From Minisyncoccota bacterium (GTDB lineage Bacteria > Patescibacteriota > Minisyncoccia > Phycocordibacterales > UBA9973), in NCBI GenBank assembly GCA_041666225.1, contig JBAYHJ010000003.1, positions 17,116-81,115 on the forward strand: 64,000 nt of DNA, written 5' to 3'. This document shows positions 30,532 to 39,878 of this stretch, piece by piece. The number at the start of each line of letters is the position of its first letter. Position 1 is the first letter of the stretch. A program made the translations under genes and the position numbers. Below the pieces are notes generated by a model. The model did no database searches and was not told where the DNA came from. It saw only the letters and a list, made by a program, of their open reading frames with translations.

Positions 30532-30579
30532 CTAAAATGCTACCATTTCTGCCATGGCAGAAATGGTAGCATTTTAGTT
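30530..30579. repeat. 50-bp perfect palindrome, core TCTGCCATGGCAGA
   Basis: AACTAAAATGCTACCATTTCTGCCA|TGGCAGAAATGGTAGCATTTTAGTT. Confidence 0.95.
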
Positions 30580-30595
30580 TTATTATTAACTTTAT

Positions 30596-31024
30596 TTATT
30601 TTTTGTCAGAATAATTTTTGAAAATGTTTTTTAATATATCTAAAACTTCTTCTTTGTTTGAATAATGAGAAACTTTACAATTTGAATTACCGGCAATCAT
30701 AGCAGAAACTTTCTTGTCTTCTTTCTTATTATATAAACAAAAAATATTTTTATTTAATTTTTCTGCATAAGCAATTTCATAACCAACTCCAAGAGAAGGA
30801 ACTGAGACATCTGCAATAATAATATCAGATTCCATTATATAGGAAATATCTCGATTATATATTTCCTTATCTGTCATATTAGGACTTCCATAACTAGTAA
30901 GTGATTTATCGGCTACAAATTCACTAATCACTTCTCCGTATTTAACTAACTCCTTCACAATAAAATCATACCATTCAGCATGTTCTCTTCCTCCTCTTAT
31001 TGATCCAGAAAAATATATTTTCAT
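30596..31024 (-). CDS. Nucleoside 2-deoxyribosyltransferase family, DNPH1/Rcl-like dNMP N-glycosidase
   Basis: KIYFSGSIRGGRE, IYNRD, PSLGVGYEIAYA. Confidence 0.85.
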   Translation of the reverse strand: MKIYFSGSIRGGREHAEWYDFIVKELVKYGEVISEFVADKSLTSYGSPNMTDKEIYNRDISYIMESDIIIADVSVPSLGVGYEIAYAEKLNKNIFCLYNKKEDKKVSAMIAGNSNCKVSHYSNKEEVLDILKNIFKNYSDKK

Positions 31025-31590
31025 AAATTATTTTTTAAATTATAAGCTAATATATCATAACCATGCTCGGTATGATCCTCTCTTGCTACACCCCATAACT
31101 CCAATATATCACTTAATTCATTTTGAATTTTTTCTGTTTCATCTGCAGTGCCAAATTTTTCTAGTTCTATGTATGAACCAAGTCCAACAACATTATCAAG
31201 GCAAATTTCAATTTCACCCAATTTGTAAGTTTCCCTATCTTTTTCTGTTATACAAAATTCATAAAATCCCAAAGTTAAAATAATTGATTCTAAATTAGTA
31301 ATATCTTCTTCTTTTATTTCAATTTCGTACTCTTTGCAATCTGATTCACATTTCACTGGTTGTTTAAGAGTAAAAATAACTTTTTTATTTTTTTCTGATT
31401 CCTGTTTTCTAATTCTCAAATAGTTAATACCAAGTAAATTTATCCCCTCTTCTATTTTTCTAATATGATTCGGCCAAAAAACAATATCTCTTTGGTGTTT
31501 TTCACCTAAAAATTCTGCCCTAGAATTTTTAATATATTCTAAAACTTTTTCTCTATCTCTCAATTTTGCTTTTACTTCTATTTCATTCAT
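31021..31590 (-). CDS. CYTH domain protein (class IV adenylate cyclase-like)
   Basis: EIEVKAK, LRIR, LDNVVGLGSYIELE. Confidence 0.85.
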   Translation of the reverse strand: MNEIEVKAKLRDREKVLEYIKNSRAEFLGEKHQRDIVFWPNHIRKIEEGINLLGINYLRIRKQESEKNKKVIFTLKQPVKCESDCKEYEIEIKEEDITNLESIILTLGFYEFCITEKDRETYKLGEIEICLDNVVGLGSYIELEKFGTADETEKIQNELSDILELWGVAREDHTEHGYDILAYNLKNNL

Positions 31591-31593
31591 ATT

Positions 31594-32790
31594 TTATTTA
31601 CCTCTTAAAATTCTATCCATCTTAGTGGCAATTTTTATCATATCATTCTCTTTTCTTCCTCTTGTTGTTTCAGCACAAGTACCTAGTCGAACTCCTGATG
31701 GATCCATAACACTTCGTGTGTCCCCTGGAATAGTATTCATATTCACAATAATTCCTGATTTTTCTAATTTGATACTTGCCTCTTTACCACTGATACCCTT
31801 CCCGTCCATCCACGTGTCCATCAATATTAAATGTGAATCCGTTCCACCTGAGATAATATGCCAGCCGAGTTTTTGTAATTCTTTAGCTAGGACTTTAGCA
31901 TTTTTAATAACTTGTTTTGCATATTTTTTAAACTCAGGCTTTGCTGCCTCAGCAAGTGCTACAGCGACGCCTGCAATATTGTTTTCGTGTGGTCCACCAA
32001 AAAGTCCTGGAGTCACCATCTTGTCTAATTTTTTATCAAAACCTCTTTCGTCTTTTTTAACAAATAGAATTGCCTGGCGTGGACCACGAAGAGACTTATG
32101 AGTTGTTGTCATCACAGAGTCAGCATATGGAAATGGTGATGGATAAGCACCACCTGCAATAAGTCCCGCAAAGTGTGAAATATCTACATGTAGAATCGCT
32201 CCCCGCCTACCATCGGGGTAAACCACTGCATCTGCAATTTCTCTGAACTTTTTAAAATCAACAACTCTAGGATAAGCAGTAAAACCACAAACAATAATAT
32301 CGGGCTTTTCAGCTATTGCTAATTTTTTCAAAGCATCATAATCTATAACTTCGGTTTTAGAATCAAGCTCAAATTGTAATGGCTTCCAAAGTTTCCCCGT
32401 CATTGAAAGTGGATGACCATGAGTTAAATGCCCTCCTGAAGTTAATTTCATTCCCATTATTTTTCCACCAATAGGAACTAGCGCAGAGTATAAAGCAAAG
32501 TTGGCAGGACTTCCTGATAGAAGTTGAACATTTACATGCCAATCTTCTTTTTTTAATTTAAAAAGTTTGAGAGCACGTTCCATGCAAAGAACTTCAACTT
32601 TGTCTATAATTTCATTACCACCATAATATCTACGTCCTGGGTAACCTTCAGCGTATTTATTTGTCAGTTTTGAACCAACTGCCCTAAGAACATCGTCAGA
32701 TACATAGTTCTCTGAAGCAATTAAGTTTATAACACTTTTTTGTCTTTTTTCTTCTGCCTTTATAAGTTTTTCTATTTGTTTATCTTTCAT
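31594..32790 (-). CDS. glyA: Serine hydroxymethyltransferase
   Basis: LIASEN, NKYAEGYPGRRYYGG, GGHLTHG, TTTHKSLRGPR. Confidence 0.97.
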   Translation of the reverse strand: MKDKQIEKLIKAEEKRQKSVINLIASENYVSDDVLRAVGSKLTNKYAEGYPGRRYYGGNEIIDKVEVLCMERALKLFKLKKEDWHVNVQLLSGSPANFALYSALVPIGGKIMGMKLTSGGHLTHGHPLSMTGKLWKPLQFELDSKTEVIDYDALKKLAIAEKPDIIVCGFTAYPRVVDFKKFREIADAVVYPDGRRGAILHVDISHFAGLIAGGAYPSPFPYADSVMTTTHKSLRGPRQAILFVKKDERGFDKKLDKMVTPGLFGGPHENNIAGVAVALAEAAKPEFKKYAKQVIKNAKVLAKELQKLGWHIISGGTDSHLILMDTWMDGKGISGKEASIKLEKSGIIVNMNTIPGDTRSVMDPSGVRLGTCAETTRGRKENDMIKIATKMDRILRGK

Positions 32791-32846
32791 ATTATTGGTG
32801 GTTTAGATTGGTAATAAATTGATTTTATCACAAATTAAGGAAACTA

Positions 32847-32872
32847 AAAAATCCGGCTTGAACCGGATTTTT
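32847..32872 (-). terminator. Intrinsic terminator
   Basis: AAAAATCCGG-CTTGAA-CCGGATTTTT. Confidence 0.7.
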
Positions 32873-32891
32873 AAAGAGATTAATTTGACTA

Positions 32892-33293
32892 TTATAGTAG
32901 TTTTTTTATTTTTTCGACAAGTAAGTCAATATATTCTTCTATTTGATTTAAATCGTTAACTTGAACAATTTCAGTTTTCATACCATTACAAATTAATGGA
33001 ACTAAATGATTTTCATTTGTTAAAATAATTATTTGTTTTTTTATTCCATATGCGTATCCCAATTCAGCCCCCCAATTAGGAGATTCATTTAGGGCAATGG
33101 CCAATATTAATGATGATTCTTCAATCCCTCTTATATCTTGGCTAAATAATATTTCATCTTTTTCTTCTTGATTGGTATCGCGATGTGGAAGATAGCAAGT
33201 TATTCCACTTTTTTCAAGAGCTTCACCTATTTTAGGATTAAATTCAACATTCCACTGATTAGTGAAAGTTGAAGTTAGATATATATTTTTCAT
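32892..33293 (-). CDS. Nucleoside 2-deoxyribosyltransferase family protein
   Basis: IYL..F, YLPHRD, FSQD, GAELGYAY. Confidence 0.8.
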   Translation of the reverse strand: MKNIYLTSTFTNQWNVEFNPKIGEALEKSGITCYLPHRDTNQEEKDEILFSQDIRGIEESSLILAIALNESPNWGAELGYAYGIKKQIIILTNENHLVPLICNGMKTEIVQVNDLNQIEEYIDLLVEKIKKLL

Positions 33294-33311
33294 ATAATTT
33301 AAAATTGCTTT

Positions 33312-33851
33312 TTATTTATCAAACTGATGACCTAAAATATTTTTAGGGTTTCTTGGATTAAACAATATTTCACTATCATCAACAAGATAAACTTTTTTTA
33401 TTCCGATTCCCAACATCTTATCCCAACAGGGCTTACAACACCACCAGTGTCCCCATAGATATAATTCTGGATTATTAATATCTTTAATATTTCTTTTTTG
33501 AATATCTAAAACTGCTCTAGATTCTGCATGACTTTCATTTGTTGCACACCCAGGACAAGCCCAATATTTTTCACCAGTAGGAATATGAAGTAAATGTCTT
33601 ATACAATATTTTTTATGTAATTTTATCATCCAAGAAGATGATAAAGGATTTTTATTAGACTTTTCAGATATTATTTTACCATCACAAACAATAACTGCAC
33701 CAGTTGGTTGCTGTTGGTCATTTGATTTTTTTGCCTCTTCTTTTGCTTTACTCATTAAGTTATTACTTAGAGGTACAGATTCAATAAAACAACCCTCTGG
33801 TAAATAGGGATATTTTACACTTTCTTTTACATTATTTTGTGATGTTTCCAT
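33312..33851 (-). CDS. Cytidine/dCMP deaminase family protein
   Basis: TGAVIV, HAE and WCCKPC zinc motifs. Confidence 0.8.
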   Translation of the reverse strand: METSQNNVKESVKYPYLPEGCFIESVPLSNNLMSKAKEEAKKSNDQQQPTGAVIVCDGKIISEKSNKNPLSSSWMIKLHKKYCIRHLLHIPTGEKYWACPGCATNESHAESRAVLDIQKRNIKDINNPELYLWGHWWCCKPCWDKMLGIGIKKVYLVDDSEILFNPRNPKNILGHQFDK

Positions 33852-33880
33852 AATTTAAATTATACTATATAATTATTAGC

Positions 33881-34729
33881 ATGACTACTTTTGATACAAT
33901 CTATAAAAATTTAATAAAAAAAATAATAGAAGAAGGTATTGAAGAATTAAATGAACGCACAGGTCATAAGATAAAAATAATACCTGGACTTACTTTCCAA
34001 ATTGATATAGAGAAAGAAGGGTTTCCAATATTAACTCTTCGTAAGAATCCGATTAAATCACCCATTGCTGAGCAGGTATGGTTTATAACTGGAGATAAAG
34101 ATACAGAATTTTTAAGAAAATATACAAAAATGTGGGATGAATTTATTGAAGAAGATGGGACTATAACTTCTGCTTATGGATATAGATGGAGACATCATTT
34201 TGGCAGAGACCAATTAGACCAACTAATTAAACACCTAACAGAAGAGCCTCATTCAAGACAAGGAGTAGTTATAACATGGGACCCTTCTGATGATGGTCTA
34301 TATGGTAAAGGATTAAAAGCAACATACAAAAAGAATGCGCCATGCCCTTTCGCTTTTACGGTAAACATAGTGGGTGGGAGACTTCATCTTCATAATATAA
34401 TTCGATCAAACGATATGATGCTTGGTTGTACATTTGATACATTTGGATTTAGCCTACTTATGTGTGCTCTCGCTCAAAAATTGGGAGTAAGGCCAGGAAT
34501 TTATACTCATACTATTTCCAACGCACATATATATGACAATCATTACGAAGGAGCACTTGAATTGATTAAAAGAGAAAATAATCATCCAAATATTTTTCCA
34601 GTATTTCCAGAAAATATTTACGACAGAGCCTTTAATAAAGATGAAACACTGGTTGGTGAAATTTATGAATCTTTTGCCCCATATTACCATCCAGATGAAC
34701 CAATAAAAGGTTTAGACATAATAAAATAA
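33881..34729 (+). CDS. thyA: Thymidylate synthase family protein (Asp at substrate-specificity site)
   Basis: ERTG, AYGYRWR, catalytic PC, RSND, NAHIY; directly upstream of folA. Confidence 0.85.
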   Translation: MTTFDTIYKNLIKKIIEEGIEELNERTGHKIKIIPGLTFQIDIEKEGFPILTLRKNPIKSPIAEQVWFITGDKDTEFLRKYTKMWDEFIEEDGTITSAYGYRWRHHFGRDQLDQLIKHLTEEPHSRQGVVITWDPSDDGLYGKGLKATYKKNAPCPFAFTVNIVGGRLHLHNIIRSNDMMLGCTFDTFGFSLLMCALAQKLGVRPGIYTHTISNAHIYDNHYEGALELIKRENNHPNIFPVFPENIYDRAFNKDETLVGEIYESFAPYYHPDEPIKGLDIIK

Positions 34730-34730
34730 T

Positions 34731-35231
34731 ATGATTTTATCTATAATTTCAGCCATAGGAAAAAACAATGAAATCGGTAAAAGTAATGCTTTGTTATGGG
34801 ATTTGCCCGCTGATATGAAGCATTTTAGAGAAACAACAAGTGGCCATGCTGTCATTATGGGTCAGAAAACTTTTGAATCCATAGGACGTCCCCTTCCAAA
34901 CCGTCGTAATATAATACTTACTAAAGATGAAAATTTTAAACAAGAAGGGATAGAAATTGTTTACTCAATTCCAGAACTTATGGAATTACTAGACAAAAAA
35001 ACAAGCAAAGACGAAGAAGGATTTATAATCGGAGGAGGTCAGATATATCGATTGTTTATGGATGTTGCGGACCGACTATATATCACTCACGTCGAGGAAT
35101 CATTCCCTGATGCAGATACATTCTTCCCAGAGATTGATACAACTAAATGGGAAAAAACAAAAAATGAATTTTATCCCGCTAATGAATTAAATAAATATAA
35201 TCTTGAGTTTGCAACATATACTAAAAAATAA
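34731..35231 (+). CDS. folA: Dihydrofolate reductase
   Basis: LLWDLPADMKHF, IMGQKTFESIGRPLPNRRN, IGGGQIY. Confidence 0.96.
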   Translation: MILSIISAIGKNNEIGKSNALLWDLPADMKHFRETTSGHAVIMGQKTFESIGRPLPNRRNIILTKDENFKQEGIEIVYSIPELMELLDKKTSKDEEGFIIGGGQIYRLFMDVADRLYITHVEESFPDADTFFPEIDTTKWEKTKNEFYPANELNKYNLEFATYTKK

Positions 35232-35259
35232 AACCCTCATATGAGGGTTTTATTTTTTA
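35222..35259. terminator. Bidirectional terminator (38-bp perfect palindrome)
   Basis: TAAAAAATAAAACCCTCAT|ATGAGGGTTTTATTTTTTA overlapping both convergent stops. Confidence 0.75.
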
Positions 35260-35586
35260 TGGATCTACTTCTGTTCTTTCTCTAATAAAAATATTTTTAC
35301 CATCTGGTGACTTTGTTTTTATATATTTACGATGTTTATTAATTTCTATTTTACGGACTAACTCATTCTCTAAGTCATAACCAAGAATCTCACACATACC
35401 TAAAAGGAAAATAGCGACATCTGCAAATTCTTCAGCAACACCATTTTGATTTTTATTAAATTTAGAAAAAGCTTCAGATAACTCTTCATGCGCCCGACAA
35501 AATTCAATAGCAACATCAGTAGTATTGAAGCCTTTTCCCAACTTATTACGCATCACTTCTTTTTGTAATTCTTTCAAATCTACCAT
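35257..35586 (-). CDS. MazG-like NTP pyrophosphohydrolase
   Basis: EELSE...EEFADVAIF. Confidence 0.8.
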   Translation of the reverse strand: MVDLKELQKEVMRNKLGKGFNTTDVAIEFCRAHEELSEAFSKFNKNQNGVAEEFADVAIFLLGMCEILGYDLENELVRKIEINKHRKYIKTKSPDGKNIFIRERTEVDP

Positions 35587-35626
35587 AGTTTTATAATAAT
35601 ACTTTTAATTAAAATTAACAAATATT

Positions 35627-36250
35627 TTATCTAAGTACAAAAAAGCCTAAAATCATCCCCACAAAGTTTAAAATTGTGTGAGATGCAGATATTAAAAATA
35701 AATTTTGATATTTATAATACATCCAAGCAAAACCAATACCTGCAACAAAAGTTACGGGGAGGACAAAAGCTGAATTAAGATAGATGACATGCATTAAAGC
35801 AAAGAGACTTGCATTCAAGCCAATAATAAATATTGGGTTCTTAAAAACTCGACGGAGCATATTCATTAAAACTCCACGAAAAATAACTTCCTGAAGAACA
35901 CTAAGAGGTATAAATAAAAGCAAAAACTTTTCATTTTTCCACCAATTTAAAAATGGTTTACCAATTTCAAATTCTTCAACTATAAAAAGAAAAATAACTC
36001 CACAAATAGTAAAAATTAGATAAGGTAAAAAATCTTTCGTCCATTTTTTTTTGATTCCAAAATCTTCATGATTCCATTTCTCATAGCGAGCAATACCGTA
36101 AATCAAAACTGCTACAGTTAGTAGCATTAAGATACGAAAATCATTTCCTATAACTTTATAATAAAGAAGTAATATGGGAATCAAAAACAAATATAATATC
36201 TGCAACCAAACAAGCTCTCTTTCTTTTTTTATATCACTTATACTTTCCAT
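35627..36250 (-). CDS. CPBP (CAAX/Abi) intramembrane protease
   Basis: QEVIFRG, FALMH, SHTILN; start at ATG 36250 inferred. Confidence 0.85.
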   Translation of the reverse strand: MESISDIKKERELVWLQILYLFLIPILLLYYKVIGNDFRILMLLTVAVLIYGIARYEKWNHEDFGIKKKWTKDFLPYLIFTICGVIFLFIVEEFEIGKPFLNWWKNEKFLLLFIPLSVLQEVIFRGVLMNMLRRVFKNPIFIIGLNASLFALMHVIYLNSAFVLPVTFVAGIGFAWMYYKYQNLFLISASHTILNFVGMILGFFVLR

Positions 36251-36314
36251 TTTGCTATTATAACAATAAGTGAGAAGCATGAGCAAATAAATCGCGATAT
36301 ACTATAAAAATATA

Positions 36315-37541
36315 TTATTCATACCTGAGTGCTTCTATTGGATTTAGATTCGCAGCACGGTGAGCAGGATAGTATCCAAATATAATTCCAATTAAAGCCG
36401 AAACTCCAAAAGCAAGTAGTACAGATGAAATAGACACTTGCGCTTGAAGAATACCAAAATAAGAAACTCCAAAAGAGATAGCCCAACCAAGAGCAACTCC
36501 AACAATTCCACCTATTAAGGTAAGCATCGTAGCCTCAATAAGAAACTGAATATTAATATCTTTTTTCTTGGCCCCAATTGCTTTACGAAGACCAATCTCA
36601 CGCGTACGCTCGGTAACAGTTGTAAGCATCATATTCATAATACCTATCCCCCCTACAAGCAAGGATATCCCCGCCACTGCAGCTAAAAGTGAAGTAAAAG
36701 TACCTGTCACACTCGAAGCAGTTTCTATGATATCAGCTTGGTTTAAAGTATTGAAATCAATTTTTGTCTCGTCAGTAATTCCATGGAGTTCCGTTAATAA
36801 TGCCGTTACATCTGTTTGAACTTGTGTTGAGGCTTCTGAACTAACTGCCGAAATATCAATCTGACTTAGATATTTATTACCTGATAAATAACGTTGTGCA
36901 GTTGTATAAGGAATATAGATAGTATCATCACTATTAGAAAAACCCGACCCGCCTTTTGATTTAGCCACACCAATAATTTTATATTCTGACCCAGAGATAC
37001 GAATTTTCTCTCCTGTCACATCAGTCGTTCCTTCTCCAAATAAATCATCGCGAGTAGTTGAGCCTAGTACTGCAACCTTAGAACTACTAGAAACATTCTG
37101 ATCTGAAATAAAATCACCTTCATCCATTGAAACATTTCTAACTGTAGAATATGATGGCTCTGTCCCCATAATACTTGTATTTATATTTGCTCCTGTTGCC
37201 ACTACTTGTTTACGAGTAGAAACCTCCCGAACCACAGCTTCTACATTTTCAACTTCTTTAGATATTGCTTCAGCGTCTTCTAGAGTCAAGCTTTGAGCTC
37301 CACCACGAGAAGCAGTCGGACCTCCTCCAAAAGAACGCTGAGCTCCAGGCATCACCATTATAAGATTAGCTCCTATTGATTCAATCGAAGAAGACACAGA
37401 ATTTTGAGCTCCTTGACCAATTGCGGTCATAGCAATAACTGAAGCAATGCCGATAATAATACCAAGCATAGTAAGACCCGTACGGGCTTTATTTGCCCTA
37501 AGTGCCGAAGATGTTTCTTGTAATATATCTCTTGTTTTCAT
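36315..37541 (-). CDS. MacB-like ABC transporter permease
   Basis: LTMLGIIIG, GGIGIMNMML..VTERTREIGLRKAIGA, PIEALRYE. Confidence 0.93.
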   Translation of the reverse strand: MKTRDILQETSSALRANKARTGLTMLGIIIGIASVIAMTAIGQGAQNSVSSSIESIGANLIMVMPGAQRSFGGGPTASRGGAQSLTLEDAEAISKEVENVEAVVREVSTRKQVVATGANINTSIMGTEPSYSTVRNVSMDEGDFISDQNVSSSSKVAVLGSTTRDDLFGEGTTDVTGEKIRISGSEYKIIGVAKSKGGSGFSNSDDTIYIPYTTAQRYLSGNKYLSQIDISAVSSEASTQVQTDVTALLTELHGITDETKIDFNTLNQADIIETASSVTGTFTSLLAAVAGISLLVGGIGIMNMMLTTVTERTREIGLRKAIGAKKKDINIQFLIEATMLTLIGGIVGVALGWAISFGVSYFGILQAQVSISSVLLAFGVSALIGIIFGYYPAHRAANLNPIEALRYE

Positions 37542-37543
37542 AA

Positions 37544-38248
37544 TTAATTTTTAATTACTTTTTTAGTATGTAAATTGTTATCACTGACTATTAATCCATC
37601 ACGAATAGTTATTATCCTATCTGCATGTTGAGCCACATCTGGTTCGTGAGTAATTAAAATGATAGTTCTACCTTGTTCTTTATTTAGTCTCTGAAATGTA
37701 CCAAGAACAATTTCTCCTGTTTTGGTATCCAAATTCCCGGTTGGTTCATCGGCTAAAATAATAGTTGGATTGTTCACAAGAGCACGAGCGATAGCGACAC
37801 GTTGAATTTGTCCACCAGAAAGTTGATTGGATAAATGTAAAAAATGTGATTCATCTAATCCTGCCTGAAGAAGGGCTTCCTTTGCCCTATGCTCTCTTTC
37901 AATAATTGGTATACCATCATATACAAGCGGCAACATAACATTTCTTAATACTGTAGTTCTAGGTAACAAATTAAATGACTGAAAAACAAAACCTATTTTA
38001 TCCCGACGAATATCAGCAAGCTCATCATCAGACAAAGTAGATACATCTTTTCCATCTAAAAAATATTTTCCATCAGATGGGTTATCTAATGCTCCGAGTA
38101 TATGCATAAGCGTTGATTTACCTGACCCAGATGGTCCCATAATTGCTACGAACTCACCATCTTTTATGGTAAAGCTAACACCCTTAAGAGCTTGAAATGG
38201 TTCTGCTCCGCCATCATATATTTTTGTTATATCATGTATTTCTATCAT
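37544..38248 (-). CDS. ABC transporter ATP-binding protein (MacB/LolD type)
   Basis: GPSGSGKST, LSGGQ, ADEPTGNLD. Confidence 0.95.
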   Translation of the reverse strand: MIEIHDITKIYDGGAEPFQALKGVSFTIKDGEFVAIMGPSGSGKSTLMHILGALDNPSDGKYFLDGKDVSTLSDDELADIRRDKIGFVFQSFNLLPRTTVLRNVMLPLVYDGIPIIEREHRAKEALLQAGLDESHFLHLSNQLSGGQIQRVAIARALVNNPTIILADEPTGNLDTKTGEIVLGTFQRLNKEQGRTIILITHEPDVAQHADRIITIRDGLIVSDNNLHTKKVIKN

Positions 38249-38249
38249 A

Positions 38250-39875
38250 TTAATTTCTGGGCGGAGTTCCTCCTCCGGCTCCCATACCCCTAGTTGCCCC
38301 CACAGAATTTAGTATACTTGGAGTACTAGTGGTGGAAGAAGTTTTTGAACTAGTTGTCGTTTTTAATACAATTTGATCACCTTCGTTAAGCCCTGAAATT
38401 ATTTCTGTTTTTAAATCATCTGATAAACCAATAGTAACTTCTTTTCTTACTGGGGGGACAGCAGATGTTATTCCATTTATATTGCCCATACTAGGAAGTG
38501 GAACTTCAAACACCTCTACATATACTTTTTTGTTTTTAGTTTTAATAGCACTACTTGTGACAGTAAGAATATCTTTTTTTTCTTGCGTAATTATTTCAGT
38601 ATTGGCACTCATGCCTGGTTTTATTCTGTCATCATCAGAATCGAAGGCGATTTTAACATTATAGGTCACAACTCCCGATGAAACAGTTCCAACTGGGTCT
38701 ATTTCTGCAACTACACCTGAGACCGATAAACCTTCAATTGCATCAAAAGTAATTGTTACCTTTTGTTCTAATTTAATTGAAGTGACATCGACTTCATTAA
38801 ATGGAATTGTGACAATTTTTTGTTTTGTAATCAATGTTCCCACACTTGAACCAGAAGACTCGCCAACCTTGGCTGTCAGTGTAGCGATTACTCCATCAAA
38901 CGATGCATAGATAAAACAATCATTATACGCGTACTGCTTAGATTGTAATGATAATTCTGCTGAACGAATATCTAATTCATCAGAACCTGCAACTGTATCT
39001 TTTAAAGACTGCTCGCCTTCTTTAATACCATTTATTGATGATAGTAAATTATTTACATAATTATTTGCACTACTTATCCAAGAAGTTATATTTGTCCTAT
39101 TTGAAGCTGTATCCGAATTATTTTCATACTCCAAGTCTTCAACAACATAATTAAAAGCTGTCTCTGTATTTTTTACCGCGTTAGCAATAATTTTTGATGA
39201 TTCGTAAGATTTTTTTATTAATTCATTGATTTCATCTTGAGAACTTGATCTAGTTAAAGATTTATACAATTTTGAAATATCATCAATACTTTTTTTAGCA
39301 TCATAATAACTACTCTCAGCCAAATTTACTTTTGTTTTTCCACTCGAACTTAGACTCGAGATATTTTTATAACCAAGATAACCATCACTACTATAAAGAC
39401 CTTTTAAATCACTAATAATCAAAGTCATATCTGTGACAAAAGAAGAAACACTATTCCATCCATTGTCATATGATTCATCTAAGCTATTTTCTTTTTGCAA
39501 TAAAGTGAGAGCATCAGGATCTTTTGTTAATTTCGCTAAACTAATTTGAGCATTTTCAAGCGCTATTTTTGCATCACGAGAATCAACACTAGCTATAAGC
39601 TTTCCTTTTTTTACTATATCACCGACTTTTACTCCCACGTAAGTTATGTCGCCTGTTGTTTTTGGTTTTATATCTATCGTATTTGAAGCCTCAACTTGAC
39701 CAGTCCCAGACACAGTAGTTATAATATCTCCCTTTTTTACATTTTCAGTAATGTATCTTGTTTCTCCACTAGCGCTATTTTTAAAGATAAAATAAGCACT
39801 AACAGCAATAATGACGATGGCAACGATAGTTATGATCTTGTGAGACAAGATGTATGTTTTTATTTTATTTATCAT
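38250..39875 (-). CDS. Efflux periplasmic adaptor (MacA-like)
   Basis: N-terminal TM, lipoyl-like VKVGDIVKKG, long helical hairpin, IKPGMSA. Confidence 0.85.
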   Translation of the reverse strand: MINKIKTYILSHKIITIVAIVIIAVSAYFIFKNSASGETRYITENVKKGDIITTVSGTGQVEASNTIDIKPKTTGDITYVGVKVGDIVKKGKLIASVDSRDAKIALENAQISLAKLTKDPDALTLLQKENSLDESYDNGWNSVSSFVTDMTLIISDLKGLYSSDGYLGYKNISSLSSSGKTKVNLAESSYYDAKKSIDDISKLYKSLTRSSSQDEINELIKKSYESSKIIANAVKNTETAFNYVVEDLEYENNSDTASNRTNITSWISSANNYVNNLLSSINGIKEGEQSLKDTVAGSDELDIRSAELSLQSKQYAYNDCFIYASFDGVIATLTAKVGESSGSSVGTLITKQKIVTIPFNEVDVTSIKLEQKVTITFDAIEGLSVSGVVAEIDPVGTVSSGVVTYNVKIAFDSDDDRIKPGMSANTEIITQEKKDILTVTSSAIKTKNKKVYVEVFEVPLPSMGNINGITSAVPPVRKEVTIGLSDDLKTEIISGLNEGDQIVLKTTTSSKTSSTTSTPSILNSVGATRGMGAGGGTPPRN

Positions 39876-39878
39876 AAA

